A stretch of DNA of 64,000 nt from contig CM030332.1 of assembly GCA_017654855.1 (NCBI GenBank), forward strand, positions 1 to 64,000. The letters run 5' to 3'. Position numbers and translations under genes: made by a program. Positions within the stretch are counted from its first letter, which is position 1. Every line of letters starts with the position of its first letter. Below the pieces are notes generated by a model. That model saw nothing but the letters and a program-made list of their open reading frames with translations. It ran no database searches and was not told where the DNA came from. Origin of the DNA: Podospora anserina (Eukaryota). Below, piece after piece: positions 37,228 to 49,739 of this stretch.

Positions 37228-37968
37228 AGAGGTTCTGATCAGGGGTTCGTCACACATCTGGAGATAGTTGAATGAGAGCGGACAGGAGTTAATCTGGTAA
37301 GGAAAATTCAGGTTATAGAATGTTTCTGGGCTTTATATACCTACCCACCATCTGCTTGTTGGTATCCTAAAAGCTATGAACCGATTTTAAACTACTCGTA
37401 CTGGCAGAAAATTATTTTCAGACAAGGCCGAACATTGTGAGGAGTGAGGTTGAGGAGTGGGGTGCCACTTGTTATTGCTACACCCGTTAAGCGAGTCCGA
37501 AAACGGCAAAAAATTTCCCTCGACCCAACAATACAAAGGCACTGGTGCGTGGTGCAAGTGCATCAAGGAAGGCACGACCAAGGAAGGTACGAGTGACATT
37601 AATCGCTAGAAGCTTCATGCCCTGCAAAGCCTGAATTCTTCAATAATGCAAAACAATTCTATATACATCTTTTTACCGATTCAATCTCCCGTCATGATTC
37701 TTTGAGGATCCAAACGTCCTGACTTTCGAACAGCAACCTAGTGTTCCATGATAGCAGGAGACGCGTCTTGTCTCTCTTCGCCCAGCCGAGGGAATTGATT
37801 CTATCAAAATCTGAATGGCGGAATCTAGACAAGGCCGAGGGAAGTTGATTCTATCAAGACATGTCTCGGACGTATTTCCTTTTGCTCTAGTCTTTCGTTG
37901 CGCTCCAATTAACATGCCGCCTCTTCATAAGCGCGAGCCGCGGCCAAGAGGCTCTGCTGCGACCCAAG

Positions 37969-39376
<1,408 letters not shown>

Positions 39377-39389
39377 TGGCGGTGGTCAA

Positions 39390-39446
39390 TGATGGGGGAG
39401 GGTGATGGGGGAGGTGATGGGGGAGGTGATGGGGGAGGTGATGGTG
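39390..39446. repeat. 12-bp minisatellite (GGTGATGGGGGA)n in the xylanase 3' region
   Basis: About four direct copies are visible. Confidence 0.8.
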
Positions 39447-39657
39447 ACACTGGCTTCAAATGTATATACAGACTTGCTTTCTTGTACATAGTGTCTGCAA
39501 TGACTTTGTCACTTTTGGAGATTGACATGCTTTCTGACGGTTCTCTGGTCCATCGAGAGCTTGACTAATGATCAAGACTCCTGTATGTTTGACAACTCAT
39601 CTCTGGTCTACGCGGGTACGGAAGTGTGTGGTCAGTGAGCGAGGAAGTGAGGCATAA

Positions 39658-39940
39658 TCTGACTGACTTACAATGGCTGAATGAGACTGAGTGAATAATA
39701 CTGATTGAATGAGACTGACTGACACTGACTGAATGATATTAAATACCACTGACCGAATACCGCTGACTAAATGATATTGGTTGAATGATACTGGCTCAGC
39801 AATACTGAAAGACACTGAATAATATTAAATGACACTGACTGAATGACACTGACTGAATGACATTGACTGAATGACACTGACTAAATAACACTGACTGAAT
39901 GACACTGCCTGAATGACACTGACTGAATGATACTGACTGC
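39658..39940. repeat. Degenerate 14-bp minisatellite (CTGACTGAATGACA)n
   Basis: Many copies, best conserved at 39827-39938, next to the TIR at 39967. Confidence 0.85.
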
Positions 39941-39966
39941 CGGTGGTGATGGAAACCAAAAGAGTA

Positions 39967-41922
39967 GGTTGGATGACCAGGAAATGGACCACATGTGGAT
40001 CTGGTCCACCACCACCACACCAGCCACACAACCTTGTTGAGATTACCCCTGAATGATCACACTGGCCACAACAAGACTAATATTGGGTCAATTTCTATGG
40101 GAGTTATACCAAAATGTAGCTCAATCACTGTCAGAGTCAGACATTGCATCTGCTTCTCGCTTGCGCCTGGTTTGAACCCGATAACGTGCGCTGCGCCGCA
40201 CAGGCTGGGCTGGCTCTGGCTGCTCCACATCCTCCTTGGCTACCACTTCTTCCTCCACCACCCTCCCTTCAATGCGGGCCTCTTCCAGTTCACAGAGCCT
40301 TACAAACTTGGAATTCGAGTCTTCTCTATTCAACTTACGCCCTTTTCTTGCCTCCTGGGCCTTCTGGGCGTTCTGTTGGTGCCTTGCCGCATCAGCTTTG
40401 TGGATAGATGCCTCAGATCTCAGTGTAAGTATAGTACTGGTGAGAGTCCTTGCCGCAAGCCGTTTTCCGGCCGGCGTATGGTTCTTGAGTAGGTCCCTGA
40501 CCTTCTTGGCCACCTAGGAATCCCCCACGGTATAGAAAGTAGGTGTTTTTGAAGAGAGATCTAACGGCACCACAGGGACTACCACCTGGCTTGAAAAGAG
40601 CGGTTTACGCCTACGTATGGGCCATAATCCTATTCCACGCTAGCCGCCGGCAATATTTTCTTTCCTAAAGCCCTACTTACAGGCAAGGTTATATAGCCGG
40701 ACCAAGTCGACTTTACCGTTAAGCGTATAGCTAATAAGGGCGTCGTTTATAGCTATAAACCTCTTATACGCCTTCTTTACGCTAGAAAAGTAATTAATAT
40801 TAAGGGGTTAAAGGACGTGAGAGTAGTGGGGGGGTAAGAAAAGAAGGTAAATATTACTTCTGTAATACCGGATTATAAAATCGTTAGTAATATATAAACT
40901 ATAACTATTATAAATAAAAAGACGGGGTTTTAATAAATTTTTAGGTTTAATCTTTAATATAAAAACCTCTTTAAATTAATTAACGGTAAGGTTATTACTA
41001 ATCTAACTATTCTCTAATATAGCTATATACTAATCTTTATTTAATTGGTCTTTAAACTATTACTTTTAAAGGTTTTTACCTTTAAAGTTAACTCCGGAGG
41101 GGAGGACTCTCCCGTCTTATAAAATACACTTAAATATAGTAGTCTAGGTCCTTCTTCCGTTCTATTTAACGTATATAGACTTCTTATCCCGCTTCGAAGA
41201 CCCAATAATTAAACCGTTTTCTCCCTAGCCTTCTATTATACTTACCTTATCGTAGTTATATTTATACCTAGGTTTAATTTAGTTAACGATAGAATATAGG
41301 TTAAAGAACTTATTAATATTCTCCGGGGTAACTTCGTTAATTTTAATGTAATTAATTTTCTTTTTAATTTTTATTTTAATATCGGGATAACGGTTAATAA
41401 AGTGTAATACTTAATATTTATTAAGGGGGTTGGGATCGCTTTATTTAGTTAGTAAACTAGCCGCTAAAGCCTTTATATTAATATAGGTAGGAGCGTAGTT
41501 AAGGCTTTCCTAACGAAGGATCTATTAAATAATAAAGTTTTTTTAACCGTGAGAAAGTCGCTGTTGGTTTTCATGGGCAAGGTTCCTTAGTAGGGTACCA
41601 TCAATGCGGTGCTTCAGGGTGGAACGTGGAATCCCGTGCTTATTGGACGCTTTTCGCTGGCTTATACCAGCGGCAATGTCTTTCTGGGCATTTTTAAATA
41701 TCCTCCTCGGTATATTTGGCTATTGTTGGGTACCTGGAGCAAAAAAAAGTAAAAGAAAAGCTTCATTTTTGGTCTCTGTGGGTGGAATATAAAGTGTGTG
41801 TTGATATCGGGGGGCTTTCGGAGGTCCAGGGTTGTGGAGGGTTTAATGTGGGTAGATGGCTTGGGTAGTTCAAACTTACCTGGGCCACATCCATATGTGG
41901 TCCACTTCCTTGTCATCCAACC
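39967..41922 (-). mobile_element. Full-length Fot1/pogo-like DNA transposon with RIP-destroyed core
   Basis: ~41-bp TIRs GGTTGGATGAC(C/A)AGGAA(A/G)TGGACCACAT, flanked by TA. The transposase runs from 41723 ((M)AKYTEEDI...KHGIPRSTL) through FLPP(H)(C)SHVL(Q)PL(D) to the C-terminal ORF ending at 40121. Confidence 0.92.
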
Positions 41923-43395
41923 TATAACCCACGCCCTGGACAAATGAGTATTGCAAGCTTGAAAACGAGATAGGCATGCAAACAATATTCCAAGGCCTCT
42001 CAGGTATGCTCAGACGCCTATGAACGATGTTGAAAGGGCTGTAACGCATGTTCAAAGGCCTATCAACCATCTTTAAACGCATGTGCTCCATCTCTTTTCT
42101 ACCATTGAAAGGGCTTTTTGATGCGGGTTCTGGATGCTCGTGATTTGAGTGTTAAAGGCAAACTGGCAATAACCCATGACCTGCTCTACCAGGCCTGACT
42201 AGTTTGTCGTCGCGGATATCCTTGGCAATGTCCATGTACTACCTAAAGTCTCGGCAGTGCCCGGAAAGGGTTTGCCGTTGCATCTCAGTCTGCATAGAAG
42301 GCGTTAGGGATCCCCGTCTCCAGGGCTGCATAGATCCGCATCGGTATCGGTATATCTTTGGGGGCCCTATCTGCAACCTGTTGACGGGAGGATGACCATG
42401 ACGTACAATTCCTGCGATGCAGATTTAATGAAGTGAGATATCGTAACTCTGTGGTCGATAGCCACGAGCAGATAGTTGAAGAGAGAACGGGGACCATGTC
42501 GGGATGATTGCGCCCATTATATGCTCTGTGTAGAGTCCATATCCCGATTACAGCCTCTGGCCTTGGATACACTATCTCATCGATCGTCGAAGCTGATAAC
42601 TTGCAAATACCCAGTCTCTCCGCCGCGGTCATTCGTCGACAGGCAATAGCATCATTTTCTAGGGCGGTCAGTTTGACGTTTGTCATTTCCACAATCACTG
42701 CATAATCAGCAATTTCTTGATAATACTCATGTAATTGCTTTCGTGAGACAGATCAAGAGCGTCGTGGTCGATTTGAAAGAAGATGTCTTGTCGTTCAATC
42801 CCGACGGAATTCAACGGCTGGGCCCACAATGTTCTGGATTCGGTAACCCACTCGTCGCAATTTGGCAGCATATGCACGCTAGCCTGTTTTCAGCTAGCCT
42901 ATTTCATGGCAGGGGTTCAATGTGGATGCCCATAGGCTAAAAAAAGCAGAAATATGGAGCTGCTCTGATCTGACCACGATGGCTACGTTTTGGTGATGGA
43001 GCCAGATCAAAGACCGTCAATCTATGACGGCAGCATCAACATCTTTGGAAAATGCCGGATTAATCGAAAAAGGCCACTTCAGTAGAATCCTCAGTGCTCT
43101 CATGCAGCGCGACAATGCCAAGCCGTTCACGGATAAAGCGACAAATTGGAAAGGGTCCAATCATAAGGAAACCCTGACGCCAGGCCAAGTCACGATCAAA
43201 GGAATTCAACGACGATCTCGCCTGCGGGCCCAGCGGTTGGGAGATCGCGACAGCAAGACTTGGCGTCCTTGGCTGACGCGACCCACAGCTTTTGATTAAA
43301 GTCGCTCCTCTGCACTTTTTCTGGCACTCATCAATCGACAACGGTTTTGCTAGAAATCGCAATCAACGGGCGATCGTTACAATTGAACAACTACA

Positions 43396-44402
43396 ATGAG
43401 CGGTACGTTTGATGACCGAACCGGGCTGGTGGCCGCCTCGCACCACAGAATACGTCAACTGACTTTTTAACAGGACCACCACCAGGCATCGACATCTCTT
43501 CAGGCGGCGGACCCCCACCCGGTGTCAACACCGGCCGCGGCGGCTATGTCGACCCTAACTGGCCATTCCCTGGCGGTCCCAACGATGCGCCCGTCATCAT
43601 CTACGGCTACACTCCTTCGTTCGCCCTCGCTCTCTTGGCCACGATTCTCTTTTGTCTCTACTTTGTCGCCCACTTGTTCCAGGTCGTCCGATACCGCACC
43701 GTGTACTTTTGCACCTTTCCCATAGGTCTCGCCTTCGAGATCGTCGGCTACATCGCTCGCTGCCTTTCCGCCAAGGTCAACCCGTACAACCTCATCTTCT
43801 TTATCCTCCAGTACTTCTTCATCGTCACCGCCCCAGTGTTTTTGGCCGCCGGTATCTACGCCATCCTGTCCGCTCTCATCCACCGACTGGGACGTGAATA
43901 CTCGCTCCTTCCCCCCAAGTGGATTCTGTGGTTCTTCATCACCTCGGACGTTGTCGCCACCATCACTCAGATCACAGGCGCAGCTTTGATCGGTGTGAAG
44001 CAAAAGAAGAGGGAGGACCCCACTGCTGCCAACAACATCCTGTTGGGTGGTCTGGCCTACCAGGTCTTCGCCATTGGTCTGTTCATCATCTTGAGCGGTG
44101 TGTTCATCTTTCGCGCGAGGAGGCAGATCAAGCAGGCTGGCCTCACGCTCTTCATTGCCGCCTTCTCGACCGCCACTCTCCTGATCTATCTGAGAACCGT
44201 TTTCCGTCTTGCCGAAACCGCAGAGGGGCTGGGCGGCGATCTGAGCACAAAGGAGGTTTATTTTGGCACGCTCGAGTTCTTGCCCGTGGTCCTGGCCGTG
44301 CCTCTGCTGAACGTCTGGCACCCCGGACGCTGCGTTGGACGGAGCATTGCGTCAGACTCCAAGGAAGAGGCCGGCATTGTTGAGTTGGAGTCCAGGGGCT
44401 GA
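43396..44402 (+). CDS. RTA1/Rsb1-family 7-TM lipid-translocating exporter (exons 43396-43402 and 43474-44402)
   Basis: IYGYTPSFALA, FEIVGYIAR, APVFLAAGIY, SDVVATITQITG, LRTVFRLAE and WHPG. A short first exon with a GTACGT...CTGAC...CAG intron restores the frame. Confidence 0.93.
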
Positions 44403-44677
44403 TATTGTTTGTTTCTACAAGTTTAGAGGAGAAGCGTCTTGTCTTGTGATACCTCGGGGTGTGGGAATCTCAATTTTGGATATCAATTTGGTAGTAATGA
44501 TGATTCTCATAGAAATACTGAATAATCCCCTTTTATGACATGCTAGAATCGTCACTGCTACCGTCCCCTCGAAATGCGACGCAGGGTCTGTCACCCTTTT
44601 TGCCCTTGCCCTGGCTTTTGGTCGCTTGCGTCTAAGAGCAGCGGGTTGGCTTCACACGTGGATGATATTGTCCTTAT

Positions 44678-45691
44678 TCAATAACCAACCCTCAGTCCTG
44701 TCCAACCGTCCCGATACCAGTTCGCCCGATCCCAATCTCCAAGACACAGGCCAACAGTGACAAACTTCAAATTCTTTGCTTTGGCCTGGCTGATATGTGC
44801 CTGGCCAGGTCGAGTGTGGCAGGCAAGGTGTCATGAGCAAGGGTGATGACTCGACCGTAATCGCTGTGCTCTGGGTTCCAAAGTTCGGCGCTGAACTTCT
44901 CAAATGACTTCCAGATGTTCGAAGCTGGTTGATTCTTCCAGTCCTCGGTGTCGAGGTTCCACATCACTACGGTGTAGCCCAGGCCTCCCATCTGTGCGAG
45001 ACAGGCGCCGTCACATTTGCCGTGCGATGAACGCATATAGGTGGGAAAGAAGCCCAGAATGTCTCTATACATGATCTCGTTCCACATCATCTTTTGATTC
45101 ATGGACTCTGACGACTCGAGATCCAGGTTCTCGAGGTGGCCCCAGATGTGAGACGCAAGCTGGTGTCCTTGATCAATAATGCGTCGCAGAATGCTCGGCG
45201 AGGTTCAATGTTCTCCATTGACAAAAAAGATGGCTTTGACCCCCTCCTGATGCAACAGGTCGAGAAGGGGCCCGGTCTGCGCTGATGGCCCGTCGTCAAA
45301 GGTCAAAGCGATAGTGTTGCGCTGCGTGCAGTCATAGACCCGTCTGCCACGATTTTCGGGGCGGAAGTGGTCACGTCGAACACGCCGAACATTGTCACTG
45401 ATTGCGAGGTTAGCAAGGTATGCAGCACGAAAAGATCAAGACTCAGATCTCGCAAAATCCACGGCCAACCTGGCAATATGCGCCGCAGTGAGCGGCGGAA
45501 TATCCACAATAGCCAGCCCAAGAACAGCAGGACGAGGAGAGACAGCTGGCAAGCCCGTGCCCGCAGCGGATATCTGCCAGGGTGTTGTTGGGTTTGTTTT
45601 GGACTTCGACTGTATGAGCAGTGGCGCCATGAATGAATATAGCCGTTGCCGAGAGAGCCAAATAGGCCAGTAAGTCCGGGATGTTCATCAT
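44678..45691 (-). pseudogene. CBM18 (hevein-like) plus CE4 chitin/polysaccharide deacetylase, disrupted
   Basis: Signal peptide, then CG.GLASCLSSSCCSWAGYCGYSAAHCGAYCQ. CE4 motifs IALTFDDGP, HQLASHIWGH, TYMR, WNLDTEDW and LAHD. In-frame TGA after FFVNGEH (~45205) and a frameshift near 44790. Confidence 0.85.
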
Positions 45692-45846
45692 GGTGGTGTC
45701 AAATAACATGGCAAAATTAAAGAGGTCAGTGGTTTTGTTAAAGAGTGCCGCCATGGAAGTCCGGACCTCTTGACGTCACTGTCCTTCTCCATTCCAACTG
45801 CAGCAACGCCACCAAAGCGCCCTGGCATGGATATGACGTGCTCAGG

Positions 45847-48183
45847 CTAGTTCCCCTTTAAGTAGCCCGCAATGATTTGCTCCCTCCACCACCAAACTCC
45901 CGCCATAGAAGCCCCAGGGCCCAGCACCACCTGGCTGAGGATAGAAGCCAGCGAGACCTTGGCAACCTGCCAACCCGTCACATACCCCAAGAACCTAAGA
46001 TCAAGGATTGAATACAAAGTCTCTCCCAAGAATCCCACTGCCCCACTCAGTGAAAAGGGCAGACTGATCAGTTGAGGTGGTGTGGTCTTCAAGCAGAAGT
46101 AGGCATGAGCCACAAACATGATGTGGGCAGCAGCCTGGGATACGACAGCCAGTTTATAGACCGTTTTCAATGCCGAAACATCGTCTTTCTTGTACCTCTC
46201 AAAGTCTTCTGCATACGCTGTGCTCCTGCTTTCCCACCATCTGGAAAGCGCTGTGGTCAAAACTGGAACAAGCAAAGGCGCCCCTATTGCGAAGCCACTG
46301 GAAACAACACCTTGGGATGCTCCCCAGGTTGGGCTCAGTGCAAAGAGTGTTGGAATAACATATCCCAGAGAGAGTGCAGGCATCAGTGCTCTCGCAACAT
46401 ACACGCCGACCCACCGACCTGGGGGAGCCTTGAACGACTGAAGTGCGGCTATGATCCCATGTAGAGGAGCAATCGTTGCCATTCCCACCCGCCTAGTCTG
46501 TATGCCAGCCACAAATAGGCTGGGCAATGAGAGGAGCGTGCCCTTGTTGCCAGCTCGATGGCCCTCAAGAGTGTACATCAGGAGCGGCGAGATTGTTTGT
46601 GACAGCGAATAAGCCCGTTGCAACTGAGAATTCAGCACTGACAAAGGTTGAAAGGGGTACCCCAATCCCAACCCCATTCCAACACAGAACACCGCCTTGG
46701 TCATTGCGAGCGGCCATCCTCGGATTGGTTTTGCTGGTAACTCGTGGTCATATGGCACGGCCCTGGGTCTGGTGGGCACTGGCAGAAAATCCAGCTTTGC
46801 GCTGGCAAGCAGCCTGGATCCCATCTGGCCAAGGTGGTGTTCAAGCCCGCTCAGGGGAACAACAAGATTAAGAACGAGTTTTGTGAGAAGTGGCTTTTCC
46901 GACGCGAATAGAGCTTGGGTATCATGGCTGAGCTTGGCAATGTATTTCGCTCTTTCGTACCGCGCGTCCTGTGTGTGCTTGGAGATGGCCTCGATCTCTG
47001 CTGTTGTCAAGCCGCACAGTCCATTCAGACGGCTGTCTCTTGCTCTGAGCAGAGAGTTGACAAACTCGGCTGCCGTTTCGATGGCGCCGTTTCCACCCAT
47101 GCCACCAATGGGGTTTGGCTACGTGAGACACTGTCAGTCCGGATCGTCCTGTCTTTACTGTGAAACCCACCTTGTGTACGCTGTCTCCCATCAAAATCAT
47201 TCTTTCCCAAAACCACTTCTTAAATACTATCTCGTGAAGTGGTGTCAAAGTCGACGAGATCCTGTTTTCAAAAATCCGTCCAAACGTCAAATCCTCTGTG
47301 ATCCGGACGTGGGCGTGCTGCTGGACGAAATCCTCCTCGTCCTGTTTCGTGTATCTTGGAATATCCTTGCCGTATTTCACTTCAGGTAGACGCTTGAACA
47401 TGAACCAATACACTCTGTTGTCGGGCCCCGATGCCACCAGAAACGAGTATCCCTCCCCAGACGTGAATGACTGGTTTTTTTCTGGCCAGTTTTCGACATG
47501 TTTGGCGATTCCAAAGCTGCACTGGTAGTGACATGGGACAGTTTGCTCTTCATCCTCAGACGGGAAGGACGTTGGGTTGTTTGATAGACTGGCGAGCCGT
47601 CTCATCTCGTGACGCACCGTGCTGTGAACTCCGTCGGCGCCTACCACAATGCTACCGGTGTGTTTCTTTCCTGCCTTGGTTGTCACGCTGATCTCACGGC
47701 CAGATTGTTCGATAGCCTCTACACGGCTGCTGAGCACAATCCGCTCCTTATGCCGCAGCTGATCAAAAAGGACTTGAAGAAGCCACTGTCTGTCAAAAAA
47801 CAGCATCTCGTAACCGTGTCTAATCTCCAGATATCAAAATTCGGCTCTATAATCTTGCTGCAGGATACATACCTCTTCTTCAGGTGCGCAAAGAGATCCT
47901 CAGTGCAGGACACGGAACTGCCGTCTGGACGGCGCATGTGCGCGTACTTGACACTGTCGCCCTGAGCGACTGCTCGGACTGGCTCGTAGCATCCTATCTG
48001 GTCGAGAATCAGCAGCCCGTTAGGAAACAGGCCGATGCTCGCGCCCACTGCCGGTGCGATGTTGTCGCGAGCTTCCAGCAAGATGTAGTCAATCTCAAAC
48101 TTTTCCAGCATATTGGCGAGTGTCAAACCTGCTATCCCCCCTCCCACAATAATGATTTTGAATGGGTCATCTGGGCTAGACAT
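45847..48183 (-). CDS. FAD-dependent monooxygenase (PaxM/CtvC-like) with a fused multi-TM C-terminal domain (exons 48183-47873, 47819-47171, 47118-45847)
   Basis: IIIVGGGIAGL, VVGADGVHSTVR and LMGDSVHK|PNPIGGMGGNGAIE. Two GT-AG introns join the three ORFs in frame. The hydrophobic C-terminus ends LGPGASMAGVWWWRE. Confidence 0.92.
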
Positions 48184-49176
48184 GGTAATGAATTGTTGAG
48201 ACTGACAAAGTGGCTGTAGGCTTCTGTTTTTAATATATCAGTGTATGCCTACTGGTAGCGTAGCATTGCGGCATCTCCCCGGCATTCGGGCCACTCCCAC
48301 CTCCGATGTTTGGTTCCGAAAGCGCTTCGCCAATTGGCCTCCGTTCTGCCTACCCTAGCTCATTCGGTACGTTAAATACCGATGGCCGATAGAAGTCTTT
48401 TGGATAATTGGGTTTGCTGGTCAAGAGACCACCCAAGGCGAATCGTGGTAGCATCTCCTGACCTCGAAAGCTCTACCTTGGACTTTAGTACATTGATGCC
48501 AAGACATATATATAGCTGCCATTGCAGTCTGCTATCAGGGGCTTTCACAATCCATTCTGTCAGGATTAGCGTGGCATCTCTCTCATTATGTCTTGTATTC
48601 AAGAGTACGCGCCAGCCTGCTTTGCTCACGAGCCCGCCCTGCCTGCTCTCGTGCGTACACCTCTCCTTACTCCCGCCTCTCATTCGGGGTGATCATTCGT
48701 CCGGTCAGCTTTACAATGCCAAAATAATTTACTCTCACTGGATATTTGTAAATGTTTCGTACTGCTCGGTTAACCCAACGCCCCGCACTGTCATCAAGAC
48801 TCAGCCTCAAAAGGACCAATGATTGGTAAGATGCTATGTGGTGGAACCAACGTAGAAGGCCTGAGTGATGTCGGTAAGGTAGGTAATATGTTCAAACCCC
48901 TGCACAGGTCTAGACACCCACTCGCAAACTCTCGACACTAGTTACTCACGATATGCCAAACTTGCGTCGAGCGGGCATCAGATGTGTAGCACAACACAGG
49001 TTAGGAAGGTGAGTATGCTCTGTGTATAACCTCGGACGTATTGATGACCCGCTGGCTTTCATCTCGAGCCTCTCATCAAGTCGGAGCATTGTCTATAAAT
49101 TACCTTGTCTCTTCCCAAGAGCATCACCCTCATCACAGCATCAAGCCACGAAATAGCAACCCATCAAACCTTCATC

Positions 49177-49560
49177 ATGAAACTCACCTTTGCCTTGATT
49201 GCTGCCATTGCAGCCTCAGCTTTCGCCGCAGTTGGGGGCCGCTGCTCCAACAACTGGGGTGGTGATTGCATCTGCCTCGACTCGAGCGTCTGCCGGAACC
49301 GCTGGGGGGGTACCCCGTATACTGGCTCTCCGGGCAACTGGCCCTGCCCCAACGATCCTGACAACATCATGGCATGCGTTGTCAAGCCTTGCCCCGGTCA
49401 GGGCAGCGGCACCCAGTGCTTGTGGAGAAATGCTTGCCGCAGCCCCAACGGAAGTAAGAAACGTCCAACCTGCATGTTCTCTGTCACTCGGCTGACCATT
49501 CCAACAGACCCTGTTTGCCCGGGAGGTAACGACTTCATCTGCTGCAACCATCAGTGGTAG
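49177..49560 (+). CDS. Small secreted cysteine-rich protein, 109 aa, 12 Cys (exons 49177-49453 and 49508-49560)
   Basis: Signal peptide MKLTFALIAAIAASAFA and motifs CPNDPDNIMAC and CPGGNDFICC. 54-bp GTAAG...CTGAC...CAG intron and upstream TATAAA. Confidence 0.9.
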   Translation: MKLTFALIAAIAASAFAAVGGRCSNNWGGDCICLDSSVCRNRWGGTPYTGSPGNWPCPNDPDNIMACVVKPCPGQGSGTQCLWRNACRSPNGSKKRPTCMFSVTRLTIPTDPVCPGGNDFICCNHQW

Positions 49561-49739
49561 AGAAGGTACTAGGTAGTTAACAAGAATATTGAGTGTCATC
49601 ATTTCAGTAAAAATCGCTGCAAGATACACCAACGCCTGTAAATGCAACATCGTATCGTGGTACCCAGAAAGCCACCTTTGTGACGACAGAAACCCCAAAA
49701 CAAATTAATACACTGTAGCTTTTGCCCCAAGTCTTATCG

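Larger units (their letters stand above)
36207..37254 (+). mobile_element. Solo LTR family C (outer) carrying two nested LTR insertions and a 20-bp tandem repeat
   Basis: TGTTACA...GGGGTTCGTCACA, with TATATACGGAGGAACTAG at ~36379 and (ACAAGTTCGAGTACAAGCTT)x4 at 36427-36512. No matching TSD seen. Confidence 0.8.

Noticed and set aside
41930-42900. Fragmented minus-strand ORFs that may be a decayed gene
   Set aside because: The frames do not join via clear introns and no family motif was recognised.
43500-44321. 273-aa minus-strand ORF and similar antisense ORFs over the xylanase, MFS and monooxygenase genes
   Set aside because: They are codon-bias shadows of well-supported genes on the opposite strand.
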